From assembly GCA_044892525.1 (NCBI GenBank), contig CM097885.1, positions 16,990,001 to 17,054,000 of the forward strand: DNA of 64,000 nucleotides. The letters run 5' to 3'. A model generated the notes under the pieces. It was given only the letters and a program-made list of their open reading frames with translations. It had not been told where the DNA came from and did not search any database. Within the stretch, counting starts at the first letter, position 1. Each line of letters begins with the position of its first letter. Below, in pieces: positions 10,056 through 23,947 of this stretch. The DNA is from Schmidtea polychroa (lineage: Eukaryota). The translations under genes and the position numbers were made by a program.

Positions 10056-10358
10056 AATCGTCGATATCTTTCATGAGGTTTGCAGCGCTTGGTAATTTGT
10101 ACATGGTGTTGAAAAAATGAATCCTAAACAAAAACCGTTTGTTTAAATCAATCAATAACCAATTAGAAATCACCAATGAAATTATCTCATTTCGAACATT
10201 GTCAACAAATTCTCTATACTCCAAATTTCTCAACCCCAGCATGACAACCTTTCCACTAGCAAACACAATGTCCCGATGATTTACGAGTAAAAACAGATAT
10301 TTTCAACCCAAAAGGTGCCATGGTTTATAAACAAAGTTGAAAACCTCTATGAATAATA

Positions 10359-10883
10359 ATGTTTCTAAAAGCAAGGGTGAAAAATATTAGGAAATTAAGA
10401 AAAGGTATTAGAAAGACTATTAAAGTTCCAAAGGTTCCACCAACAACTAGTTATACACCATCTAAAAAACTTGTAACTGAAAATTTTTCTGCAATGAATC
10501 TTATTTCGAAAAATCCTAAACCTAAACGTAAAACCCGTAAAACCAGTAAAAAAGTAGTTAAAAATCATCGCAGTTTTCCATTTTTTAATGCATTGTTAAA
10601 GGCCCCGAGTATGAAAAGAACGAATATATTGCAATCATTCCCAAATTTTGTTGTCGATGATTTACTCAATATTACACTTAAAGTAGTCAAAGGCAAAATT
10701 AAAATCAGTAAATCAAAAAAGCATTTATTGAGCAAACATAGGAAACCATTGTTATCTTTAGTAAATAATAAAAATCGTAAGAAAATGAGGAAAATTATAT
10801 ATAAACAACAAGGTGGATTTATTGGCGCATTGATACCTCTGGCATTATCATTATTAGGTGGAGTTGTAGGAAATCAATCATAA
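10359..10883 (+). CDS. Basic virion core protein with an adenovirus pX-like C-terminus
   Basis: Lys/Arg-rich 174 aa ending QQGGFIGALIPLALSLLGG, resembling the GG cleavage site plus hydrophobic tail of adenovirus protein X and Polinton equivalents. Confidence 0.75.
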   Translation: MFLKARVKNIRKLRKGIRKTIKVPKVPPTTSYTPSKKLVTENFSAMNLISKNPKPKRKTRKTSKKVVKNHRSFPFFNALLKAPSMKRTNILQSFPNFVVDDLLNITLKVVKGKIKISKSKKHLLSKHRKPLLSLVNNKNRKKMRKIIYKQQGGFIGALIPLALSLLGGVVGNQS

Positions 10884-10987
10884 ACAATGGGTGCTAATCC
10901 TCCATTGCCCGACATTAAATTTAATTTTAAATCTTCTTGTTGTAATGGAGAAGATTTGGACGAACCCAGAAGACGAAGCCGGTTTCG

Positions 10988-11237
10988 GTGGAGTGGAGAT
11001 TTCCAACAAGAGCGTATAAAACATTTGGTATTGACGATTTATGGCAAATGGATTTGATGGAGATGATACCTTATTCGAAAATTAACAATGGGAATAAATA
11101 TATTTTAACATGTATTAATGTATACAGCAGGTTTGCACGAGCAATACCAGTCAAGGCTAAATCTGCAGAAGAAATGTCCAAGGCAATTAATATTTTATTT
11201 AAAGATGGACATCCTAATAACTTGCAAACAGATTTGG

Positions 11238-11273
<36 letters not shown>

Positions 11274-11917
11274 TTATTATTATTTTAGGTAAAGAATTCT
11301 ACAATAGCAAAGTTAAGCAAATCCTCTATAAACTGAAAATAAATCACTACTCGGTACATTCTCAATACAAAGCTGCCCATGTTGAAAGATTTAATCGAAC
11401 ATTGAGAGATCGATTAAAGAAATTGTTCGTGCATCAAAGTAATAAAAAATGGGTAAATGCTTTACCGAAAATAATAACAAGTTATAATCATTCATCACAT
11501 CGAGGACTGAATGGATTGAGACCGGTTGATATTACATCAAAAACATCATTGACTTCTAAGAAATCTGTAAAAATTACAAAACCTAAATATAAAGTCGGTG
11601 ATCATGTTAGAATTAGTAAAATTAGTGCATCACCATTTATTAAAAATTTTGATACAAATTGGAGTGATGAAGTCTTTGTAATTTCAAAAATAAATACTAA
11701 ACAGAATCCTGTAATGTATGTCATCAAAGACAATGATAATAATATTGTACAGGGGAAATTTTATGAGCAGGAATTACAAGTCATTCCTCCCCCAAAAGTA
11801 TTTAGAATTCAAAAAATATTGAAAACTAAAAAGGTCGGTAAGGATAAACAATACTATATCAAATGGCACGGTTATCAAAACCCGTCATGGATATCGTCAA
11901 AAGACCTAGTAAAATGA
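10988..11917 (+). CDS. Retroviral-type (rve) integrase with C-terminal chromodomain; 51-nt intron at 11238-11288; N-terminus apparently truncated
   Basis: WQMDL, LQTDLG/KEF, VERFNRTLR (DDE triad); chromodomain-like IQKILKTK...YYIKWHGY...SWI. Confidence 0.93.
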
Positions 11918-13294
11918 ATTTTTATATTATTTTACCTAGCAATAGCTGTCCACTTATTCATCCAGATAATAAAGCCAGCAAATTCAGGGTCAATCTTCAA
12001 AATCCGATATATTTGGATAATAGCTGGGAAGTTGCTCTGTTGGATTTTACATTTGTATACCAAGCCTTTCCATTTTATAGTAAATCCGAATTATGTATAT
12101 TTGATAGACCGTCGCCCCAGGCTGTAATAGAATTTGGGGCGTTTGAGGAAGTTTTTCCAATGAATTCAATTACTGATAGTAGAAATGATATAGAGTTTTA
12201 TATTAATGGTTCGCAAACTGAATATTTAGATTTGAACGATACTTTATTGACTGTTCAGATCAAGGTTATAGATAAAGATAAAAAAGCTTTGGGTCATGCT
12301 GCTGATGCAATACCGAACAATTTCATGTTTCATACTCTTTTTAAAGATGCAGTGTTGGGATTTAATTATATCAAGATTGAAGGTGGTAATAATACATTCA
12401 TTCACAAGGCTTTGATAGAAACTATTTTAAATTACAATTCCGATACTAAAAATACATGTCTTTTATCCAATGGGATATGCTGCAACCGACGATGAAAGAA
12501 AAAAGTGGATTAAAGGCTCAAAAACATTCACCATGTGTTCATCGTTACAACTCGATTTTATGGATCAACCGAAATATTTGCTTCCAGGAGTTAATGTCCA
12601 CATTCGATTGAAAAGATCCGATTCTGCACTAACTCTTACTAGTGCTACAGGTGCACCAATATGTCAATTAGTTGATGCAAAATTATTGGTGAGAAGAGTA
12701 CGAGTAGACCCCTCAGTATTAGCAGGTCATCAATTGGGTCTTAATTCAAAACATGCAATTTATCCATTAAAAACAAAGGAAATTGTACAATTTGCTATTG
12801 CTAAAGGTGCTTCATCATTCTATAAAGAACAAATATTTGGTGACAGAAGAATGCCTAATTTTATTCTGATAACATTTCAAAGTGAAGCACAATATAATGG
12901 ATCATATACTGCGTCCAGCTCAATTTTCAAAAACTTTAATGTTACTTCATTGACTTTGTCGAAAAATACTGATTATAGAGAAACATATATTCAAGATTTC
13001 GAGAATGACAATTTCTGTGCGACATATATGCAGAGTATTGTTAGAAATCTGGGTTATTTAGATAAAAATTTGAATTGCGGAATAACTCTAGAAGATTTTA
13101 AAAGCAAATACCCATTTTTTACATTTGTTTTAGCCCCTGATTTTGATTTAAATCAAAGTCAATTACCTCAAAATGGAAATTTACGACTGGATATAAAGTT
13201 TGCAAAAGCTATTACTGAACCAGTACATGTTATAATATATGGAGTATTTGAAAATGAAGTTCAAATTACTGCAAATAGAACTGTGTTGGTATAA
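11914..13294 (+). pseudogene. Penton N-terminus fused to major capsid (hexon-like) gene, with one frameshift near 12465
   Basis: MNFYIILPSNS...WEVAL is a typical Polinton minor-capsid start. KSELCIF...IEFYI...YLDLNDT...QPKYLLPGV...GNLRLDIKF is typical Polinton major capsid. Confidence 0.85.
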
Positions 13295-13398
13295 ATGTAT
13301 ATTGAAACACAAAAAGTTGTCATGGAGTAAGTTGTTTTTTTATACTCTGGATTTATTTAAGTAGTTCTGTTCAGGTCAATAAAATCGGAAAACAGATA

Positions 13399-13700
13399 TT
13401 GGGAAATGAATTTGTTGGAGTTTTTCCTCTTGATAAAATTCCATATTTGAGCAATAATCAAGCAATAATCGTCAATACTCAATCGTCTCATCTCGGTGGA
13501 GAACATTGGATAGCTATATATATGAAACCTGGTAATATATTCGTGTTCGATCCTATGGGTTTTTATTACCCGGCTTTGTTGATATCAAAACTACAAACAA
13601 TGGGGAAACCTATTGTGTATAATAAAACTATGTTTTCAAAAACCCAAACATGCGGTCAACATTGTTTAGCTTGGTTATTGTACAAAAAATGTTTAATAAA
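13399..13700 (+). CDS. Adenain-like cysteine protease (possibly damaged)
   Basis: FVGVFPLD, IVNT...GEHWIAIY, FDPMG, TCGQHC catalytic motifs. The ORF-track tail is (ATT)n read-through; true ends uncertain. Confidence 0.85.
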
Positions 13701-13795
13701 TTTGATGTTTAATAAATGTATCCTTTCCTTTGTTGTTGTGTTATTATTAATATTATTATTATTAATATTATTATTATTATTATTAATATTATTAT

Positions 13796-13826
<31 letters not shown>

Positions 13827-15044
13827 ATTAATATTATTATTATTATTATTAATATTATTATTATTAATATTATTAATATTATTATTATTTTTAATTAATT
13901 TTATTATTATTCAAATAAATATTATTATTTGTAACATAAAGACTGCCTTTGCCTGAAGCATGCACAGTGCAAGTTAACAAAGGCATGACTAACAAAGGCA
14001 GTCACATGTAATTTTGAGTGATTTACATTACATACATGCATGCGTGTGATTGGTTGAGTGATTAAAATATTCAGTGTATATGTGTGTGTGTCTATATTCT
14101 CATTGGCTGGGACAGGAAAATATTCATTCTCTTTATAAACATTGACAAATCTAAAATTTGTCACAATTATTCTAAATTTTTCAAATTCCAATTTTAAAAA
14201 TCTAAATAGAAATAAAATGGCTAACAATAATATATTAAGAACACTATTAACGACAATGGGTAATTTATTTTATTTTATTATATTTTATTTTATTATTTTA
14301 GAACCATTCGATTGGTATCAAGTAACTCAAGACGACACAATTTTAAATGTTGATAATATCTTCAGTAATTTTATCCTTTTAATTTTTATTAAAATTAATT
14401 TTATATATTTTAGATTCAATTGTTATTAGTGATGACGACGATGATGTCGTTTTTATTGAACAAAATGTTAATGATGTTGGGCAAAACAAGGGTTTCAAAG
14501 AAAAAAGTAAATTTATTTTAGTATTTTATTTAAAAAAATTTTTTTTTTCAGCGTTTAATGTCGACATTGACGAAACGGAAAATGCAATCAATTGTGAGGA
14601 TGTTCAAAGTGATGATGAAGATATTATATTTATAGGCGAAACTACTGCCCCGGTTATTAATGTTGGGCAAAACCAGGTTTTCAATGAAAAAAGTAAATTT
14701 ATTTTAGTATTTTATTTTTAAACAATTTTTTTGGATTTAATGTTGACGAAACAGAAAATGCAATCAATTATGATGAGGATGTCCTCTCTGAAGAGGAATC
14801 GGATTCCGACATGGAATCTGAACAAAATGCTGTCGATGTTCAATAAAATGCCCTCAATTGTGAGGAGGATGTCCTCTCTGAAGAGGAATCGGATTCCGAC
14901 ATGGAATCTGAATGTAAGTCTTATTTATTTTTATATTTATTTTTATATATTTCTTTTAAATTTTATAAGAACTTTTTATAAGAACTTTTTTAAATATTTT
15001 TATATTAATTTCTTAAAAACTTTGTAATTAACTTATGATTATAC

Positions 15045-15480
15045 GAAGAAAATGATTTATGAGCAAAATGATTTATGACCAAAATGATTTATGACCAAAA
15101 TTATGATGAAAATGATTTATGAAGAAAATGACGAAAATTATGAATTTATGATTTATGAAGAAAATGACGAAAATTATGATTTATGACGAAAATTACGAAT
15201 TTATGATTTATAAAGAAAATTACGAATTTATGATTTATGATGAATTTATGATTTATGACAAATATAAGAATTTTTGAAGAAAATTACGAATTTATGATTT
15301 ATGAAGAAAATTACGAATTTATGATTTATGATGAATTTATGATTTATGACAAATATAAGAATTTATGATGAAAAAAAAAGATTTATGTTGAAAATAATGA
15401 AATTATGACGAAAATTATGAATTTATGATTATATGTTGAAAATTAATAGAAAATTATGATGAAAATTAGGAATTTATGAA
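15045..15480. repeat. Degenerate minisatellite (GAAAATTAYGAATTTATGATTTAT-type units)
   Basis: Visible tandem reiteration inside the putative large PolB intron. Confidence 0.85.
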
Positions 15481-15584
15481 GTAAATACTACGTTTCTGAA
15501 ATTAATATAAAAATATTTAAAAAGTGCTTATAAAACTATAGTTATAAAATAATTCTTGCAATGTGCATCTACAGTAGTTAAAAT

Positions 15585-15625
<41 letters not shown>

Positions 15626-15627
<2 letters not shown>

Positions 15628-15819
15628 TCTACAGTAAGCATGTAGCTACATAGTAGTCTACAGTAAGCATGTAGCTACATAGTAGTCTGCAGTGAGCATG
15701 CAGCTACTTCTTTTTAATATAATAATAGTATAAATAATAATCTGACCCTTCTACTATAGTCTACAGTGAGCATGTAGCTACATAGTAGTCTGCAGTGAGC
15801 ATGCAGCTACATCTCTTTA

Positions 15820-15899
<80 letters not shown>

Positions 15900-15978
15900 T
15901 AAATAATCTGACCCTTCTACTGTAGTCTACAGTGAGCATGTAGCTACATAGTAGTCTGCAGTGAGCATGCAGCTACTT
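15626..15978. repeat. ~30-bp palindrome-containing repeats (TCTRCAGTRAGCATGYAGCTAC) interspersed with (AAT)n
   Basis: About seven units; one further unit at ~20346-20369. Confidence 0.85.
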
Positions 15979-18900
15979 CTCTTTAATAATAATAATAATA
16001 ATAATCTTACTCGTCTAATATTTAACATATTCATATAATAATCTGACCCATATACTAAAATCTCTCTAATATTCTCTCGAATATATTAACCTATTTTCTA
16101 TAAGGATTTATCATCATTTGTTATATAGTTCATTTGAATTAAATAACAAATGATGATAAATCCTTATAGATGTAACAATTAATAACAATTAGAAAAAAGA
16201 ATAAAACTTTAATTTTATTATTTAACAGGTAGACTATACCCAAATTATTGTCAATCCTCAATTGGACATAACGATAAATGTCATCGCACCATGAAAAAGT
16301 ATTACAGAAAGACATTTAATTCAGTCAACTTTTTTATATGCCCCAAATGCGTGACTAGCGAAAAAATAAAATATAGGGAATTTTTTAATAAACATCATAG
16401 TCACTTAGGGCAATTTTCGATTTCAAAAAATGTTTTATTTAAAAAAATAAATAAAAAATTAAATAAAAAAAAAATTTAGAAAATAATTTACAAAAAAATT
16501 TGCAAAAAAATATTATTAAAAAGATGTTATTATAAAAGATTCAAATATTATAAAAGATTCAAATATTATTAAAGATTCAAATATTATTAAAAAAGATTCA
16601 AATATTATTAAAAAAGATTCGATTAAAAGACCTGCTGGTTTAATTAAAAATTTTATTCCGAATAAATTATCGCGACCTGAAGTGATAGTCATCAGCAAAG
16701 ATGAATGTGTAGCTTCAACGTCTTTCAACATATGTCAAATAGGCGGCTCTTTGTTTGAACCTATGGTAGAATCCGATTTGAACGGATCGCGAAAAACTTT
16801 AAAATTTGATATAAGAAATCAAAACTTAGTAAAAATAGCCCTAACATCAAAAATTGAAGATAGATTAATAGAGGAAATAGAAAAGATGGGCAATGTAAAA
16901 ATTCAATTTACAATTTTAATTAAATTTGAAAAAGATGGGGAGATCCGGGATAATTATTTTTCAAACAATGCGCAAGTTTTTTCAGCAAATTTTATAAACG
17001 AGGGGGTGAGCAAATTAAATGAAAAGATTGAGCAATTCACCTATTTAGGAAGCGGGTGGCGCGTAATGAATATTTTAGAGATAGATTTTATTTTAACGAA
17101 ATACGCACCCGTTAGTAGATTATCCGGACATAGCTATATAAAAACCCCATCTGCATTAAAATTGAAACATGCAATAATTAATGTTAAAAACAACGACCAT
17201 AAGTGTTTCTTATATAGCATTCTTGCACTTTTAAAAAGAGAAGAAATAGGTCGTAATCACCAAAGAGCCGCCAAATATATAGAATTTTTACCTCTATTAA
17301 ATTATGATGAAGACACAGATTGCCCGATGAGGCTATGTAACATTCCCAAATTTGAAAGGAAAAATCGTGATTTAAAACTAAGCATAAACGTTCTTTCGTA
17401 TAATCCAGCCAGTTCTGATTGTGATATTTCTCAGGATTATGTAGCTCACCACCCTCATCTTAATATCATACATCGCTCCAAGGTTATAGATGGTAGGCCG
17501 ATTTATTTATTACTTTTGAGTAATAAAGATAAATATCATTATACGGCAGTGACAGACTTGGACAAATTAATGAATTGTCATTTAAATGAAAATGTAAATG
17601 TTCAAATAAGGTGTAACTGGTGCCCACATTGTTTAAATGGCTTTAGATATAAGAATGCTTTCGATCAGCATGTTGCTCTATGCTGTAAAAATCAGACTGG
17701 CACAACCTTGTATACACTTCCTAAAAATAAGGATTTATTATTCACAGATTACGCAAAAACTTTTACACCTCCCTTCGTAATTTATGCCGATTTTGAATCG
17801 GTTTTACCTCAACATGAAACATATCATCAAATACATTTACCTATCTCAGCAGGTCTTTTATTAATTAATAATTATACAAACACAAAATTTTATTATTATT
17901 TTTTTGGACCTAATTGTATTTTGGATTTTTTGAGGAAAGTGGAGGAAATTGCTGTCACAATTGTCCTGCCATATTATGAACTTGAAGGTCATAAAGGTAT
18001 GTCTACTTTGTCTTTTGCTCAGGAGCGTGCCTTTCGATCTAGTACTATTTGTTATTTGTGTAAAAAAGCTATTATTAATCCTGTGAGAGATCATTGCCAT
18101 TTTACAGGTAGATATGTCGGAGCGGCATGTAGGAAATGTAATGTCTCTCGCAGGATTAATAAGTTGTTACCAGTAGTCTTTCATAATTTACGAGGCTATG
18201 ACCTCCACCATATTTTAAAACATGGTCTCAGTGATTTTCCCCTTTGGGAACTTAATATTATACCTACCTCTACATAAAAATTTATATCTTTAATTGCATA
18301 TATTAACAAATTGCCTGTTCGTTTTATTGACAGCATGCAATTTGTTAATTGTTCTTTAGCAAAAGCTGTGAAAACACTTACTACTTTTCCGTTAACTTCG
18401 TCTGTCTTTCAAGGGTCGATGATTCACTCTAAAGGTGTCTTTCCATATAATTTCGCTACTTCTTTGTATGTTCTTGAATCGACTTTAGAATTACCTCCTA
18501 TTTGGTCTGATATTACGGAAGATCAATATGCTGAGGCTCAACTAATTTGGAGTCAGCATAACTGTAATAATTTGTTAGATTATATGTTAATCTACCTAAA
18601 ATTGGACGTATACCTCCTCGCAGACTATTTTCAGCAATTCCGCGGTAAGGCAATTGCTTACAATGGTCTGGATCCTCTTAATTTCTACGGGATTCCCGGT
18701 ATGTCATGGGCCTCAGCGCTTATGACATTAACGGAACCCATAGAACTTTTGCAGGACATGGAAATGTATAATTTCTATGAGGGAGGTATCCGGGGTGGGT
18801 TAACATTTGTTAACAAACATTACACGGCTACTTCAGATGATACAGAATTATTGTACATTGATATAAATAATCTGTATGGTTGGGCTCTTAGCCAAAATCT

Positions 18901-20373
18901 TCCGTATGGTGATTTTTCTTGGGTGAATGTTAACTTGAATGATGTTTTACTTGAATGTATGAACACGGATATTGATAACCTTCCATATGGGTATACTATG
19001 GAGGTTGATATCGATATTCCGGAATGTGTGCATGACTTTTTGAATGATTTTCCGCTTGCGCCGGAAAAGTTGTGCCCGCCTAATTCAAAAGTTGAGAAGC
19101 TTATGCTTACGCATTGGCCAAAGAGGAACTATGTTCTTCACTGGAGGCTTCTCAAATTGTATATAGAATTAGGTGCGGTTGTTGTAAATATTCATAGATG
19201 TATAAAGTATAAACAAGGACCTATCTTTAAATCCTACATAGACACCAACACCACTTTACGATCTCAGTCTACTAGCGAGATATATAGGGACTTGTTTAAA
19301 TTGTATAATAACAGTCTGTACGGTAAATCCGTTGAAAATCTGAAAAAACGAATGAATTTGAGGTTGTGTAATTCATCCGAAAAGATGATAGTATACTCCT
19401 CAAAGCCGACTTTCAGAAAGTCTATAAGAATCGATAACGATCTGATTGCGGCACATTTGGAAAAAGATTCAATTTGTTTAGACAGACCTAGCTACATCGG
19501 TCAAACAGTACTAGATCTGTCTAAACTGCGGATGTACCAGCTCCAATATATTGATTTGGAGAAGTACAGACGTCAATATAAATGTATTATAAATATTATT
19601 GCCGGTGATACCGACAGTTTCTTTTTGGAAATAAAAAATTTAAAATTAACAACTCTATTACCTCAGATGATCTCTGATAATTTATTGGATACGTCAAATT
19701 ACGATCCAACACACCCCTTGTATAATAGGAACCTTGACTCTGTCATCGGGAAGTTTAAAGATGAGAGCAAGGGATTAGGTTATTCCGAATGGGTTTTCTT
19801 ACGCCCTAAATGTTATAGTCTTTTAGGTAGTAAGGAAACGGTAAAAGCGAAGGGGGTTAAATTACCAGGGACATCAATAAATCATGAAACATATCTAAAT
19901 TGCTTTCATTCAAATCAGGTGATTTCTGTACCGCAGACTAGAATAGGTACTAGAAATCACCAACTTTTTACTTTTAAAAATTCGAAAATTGCCCTAAGTA
20001 ATAATGATGATAAGCGCGCGTGGCTAGGCAAAAACATAAGTTACGCATTTGGGCACAATTTAGGAGTTGACGAATTAAGTGAATATGATGAGGAATTCAG
20101 TGCAGCTCCAAGTCCCAGTTTCGACGACAGCGAATGGGATGAAGATCAATAAGACAACTGAAAATTGTATAGAAACTTTTATTTACAAAAACTTGTATTT
20201 ATAACTTGTATTATAACATGTATTATAACTTGTATTTATATATATACATATTGAATAAAAATTTGTAATCAGATTTTTTTTTTAAATTATTTCAAGTATT
20301 TGTTGTTTTATTATAATTTTTTATATTTAATAGTGATTTTTATATAGTCTGCAGTGAGCATGCAGCTATATCA

Positions 20374-20592
<219 letters not shown>

Positions 20593-20714
20593 TACTTATT
20601 ATTATTGTTATAGATTTGATCATTTTGAAAGCTCTATTTTGATTGGTTATCTCAATTTTTATAAATGTAAAAACAAAAGTAATTTAGTTATTGAGAAATT
20701 TGATGAGTCATAGG

Positions 20715-20880
20715 ATGAGTCATGGTCTTTGTTTCAATGACCTTGATGAGTAATATGTCTTTGTTTAAATTTGACCTTGAAAAAAAATGTACCTTTAGAC
20801 TTAGAATATTTTTGAAAATCTTACCGACGGAGGGGTGGAGGGGGGGGGGTACTGTGCTAGCGGTGCCCAATCCATCTACT
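20715..20880 (-). repeat. Right TIR of Polinton 2
   Basis: Reverse complement of 6537-6700. Confidence 0.95.
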
Positions 20881-23800
20881 AGCGACTTTTTCAAGAAAAT
20901 TGAGGCAAATAAAGAGTTGAGTCTTGCAGCAAGAGTCAACGATTGGATTTCATACAGCGAAACACAACTTCTCTTTTCGTTCAAATGACTGTACTGGTTT
21001 AATAAGAAATTTTCATTGGGACGTACAAAGACAGCTGTACTTATCAAAAAAGTTATCGATTTATATTTTGACAATATTATGAGAGATGCTCTAAATAAAC
21101 GACCATTCACATCAATCATGACGGACACATCAAATCATAAAAATATCAAGATGCTTCCTATTGTAATCCGTTTCTTTGATCCTCTAAAAGGTGTAAATCA
21201 CTGGAAAGCCTCAAATGCATCAATTCCCAATGACAAGTCTTCAAGAATATGCAATATCCTCATCGAAACTATAAGGAAAAATGATTTAAGTCACAAAATT
21301 ATTTCTTATTCTGCTGACAATACAAATTTGAATTTCGGTGGCATTACCAGAAATGAAACAAATAATATATGGAGAAAGCTACAAGTGGAATTAAAGCGAA
21401 AATTAAATGGAAATGGTTGTTTTGCTCATTTTATTCATAATGCTTCAAACGCTGGATGTGCAATATTAAAAGTTCTGAGTCGTTTAAAAGTTTGCGACGA
21501 AATGGAACATGCATTTAAACCGTTGGGGAATTATGGAAACACTCGATTTTTGTAACTTTATCCAGCTGTTCGTCGATTAATCGAATTATCTGATCCGTTG
21601 AAGGAATACTTCCAAACTCTGCAAAAATGTCTACCAGCCATTCAGCGATTCTTCAATAATAAAGCAGGCAAATTTTGGATTTTATTCATTTCCAATCAAC
21701 TTAAGAATTTCAACGACTCAATTAAAATCAATGAAAGTTCAAATATAACAGCAGTTGAGATTGCTAATCAGTTGAATATTCTTAAGGACAAATTGGCAAA
21801 CCGCCAAAATTTTTGTTTTTTACCCAGAGAATCGCTTTTGGAATTTCAAAATCTTGATGAACGTACCAAAAATGAAGCAAAAATTAAGGTCGCTGAGTTC
21901 TATGAGGTTATATTAAATTACTTGAGTATATGAGAAAATGCACTGGACGCAACACAGACTTTTAGGTGGATGATAATGTATAATTCTCCAACATGGGATG
22001 ACATTGAAAAATCAATTGATTATGCTACGGAAAAGTTGGGAAAACATTTTAATGAATTAGTTAATAGAGATTTGATGTTTGATGAGTTGTGCCTATTGAA
22101 GATTTATGCTGAAAATAACTTATTGAGTTGGCTGGATTCCAAACTATCTCCTGAAAATATATGGGTAAAAATTTTCCATTTATTTTCGTAAAAATTCAAC
22201 GTGTTTGGTCAACATGGAAAAACTGGCTGAATTTGCATTCTGTCTTTCTGGTACGTCTACTGAAGTTGAAAGAATTTTTTCTCTTATGAACAATGTATGG
22301 GATGATGATAAAAGTCGTTTAAATCCAAGCACTGTAGATGATATCCTCTCTATTCAATACAATGGCAAAATGAATTGTATTGAGTTTCACGAGCGTATAA
22401 GAAATGATCATGACTTCTTAAATAATGTAATTTTAAGTGAAAAATACTTAAAAAAATAAAGACTTAATAAACCGTTGTTAACTTTTGAAGTTTAAAATAT
22501 ACTATTTCATTATAACTGTTGCATTTTATCAGTTTATGTAAATTTCCGTTTTTTTTTCAAAAATCCCCTGGCCACCCTAGATATACATTGGTTATGATTA
22601 TATATAATTTACAATATTTAATAATTTCTTTATTTTAAGTAGTAAATCCGTTACATTAATTACCAAGCCTGTAATATTATTATACCCTTAGGTACATCGA
22701 CATAGCTTTCTTCAGAATCGACAACATAAATTCCTGAAAGATATTCATAAAAGTTATCAAAATTATATTAACCAATCAAAATCGGCATCCGATCGAAAAC
22801 TAATATCTTATGTTGTGGTATTTTAAAATAATTTTATCAAAATTGATTGAAAAACTTTTTATTTTTATATTAACTTCTTATTTCAAAAATGTCTGAAATA
22901 GGTCTATTTTAAATTAATTGGAAAATATAGAAACAATAACTGATTTAATATATTGAATAATGAAATAAATGATACACAATTATTCAATTGAGAAAAATAA
23001 TGATATAGAATTTTCTGATGAGCCTCAAAGTCAGAAAAAGTTCTTTTTTATATTTTCAAAAGTTACATAAATATTACTTTTGTTAATTTATTTTTTTCTG
23101 TAAAAATTATAATTATCTATTTTAGGTTTAGTATGTTTATAATAATTAAGTAGAATCATATTCTGATTAATGTTCTCTTATTACAACTTCACTCTACAAC
23201 ATGATCATGTTTTGTGAAGTTGCTTATAACTTGCATGTTATTAAGAAGCAAGGTTTGCTGTAAGCGGTCCGAATATCAATACGTAATGCTTCTAACGGCA
23301 CTCAATGTGTTCAAAAATATAACAATGAAAATATAACTACATTATTTTAAAAAATAAATGTATTTATTATTTTATTTCATCATATATAAATGTAAAACTT
23401 GAAAATTGTATGAAATTTCTAAAAAGCAATATACAAATCAGAAAATATAGGACCCAAAACAGAGAACCACTTTGCATTAGATATAAATGTAATACAAATT
23501 TCGACAATATTCTTGATAATTAACAACTAATATTTTACTTTATTAGACATTGCTAAACTATAATTTTTATTCTATTATGTAGATTAATGATTCCTAATAA
23601 TTCCTATATATGAGACCACTATCAAAACATGGTTTCTTTGCGCGTACCCATATAAAAATAACAGTAATATATTTTTTTATTATTTAGTGATGAGTATTAA
23701 TAGAATACTTATGTTATCAATAAATAATTTCTATTTGCCTGGTTTGAATAAAACAGACAAAAATTCATAAAATTTATTTTGTAAATTTAAAATATTTTAA

Positions 23801-23889
23801 TGATTTTCTGTCATTTCAGATATTTCCGAACTGCAAGCACATAACACAATTCCTTTCAACAAAGAAATTAGCAAACATCTTATTATTAC

Positions 23890-23947
<58 letters not shown>

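Larger units (their letters stand above)
14217..20152 (+). pseudogene. Multi-exon protein-primed PolB of Polinton 2 with a nonsense mutation at 18275-18277
   Basis: ORFs 16682-18277 and 18311-20152 are in one frame, split by TAA in TST*KFIS. Motifs YADFE, DHCH...CRKCN, FHNLRGYD, YIDINNLY, NNSLYGK, GDTDS, DDKR. Upstream small exons from 14217 are phase-compatible, but the join near 16480 is uncertain. Confidence 0.85.

Noticed and set aside
18275..18277. Programmed read-through in PolB
   Set aside because: A GAA-to-TAA change in the conserved EKF/EKY motif is simpler, and the element has other lesions.
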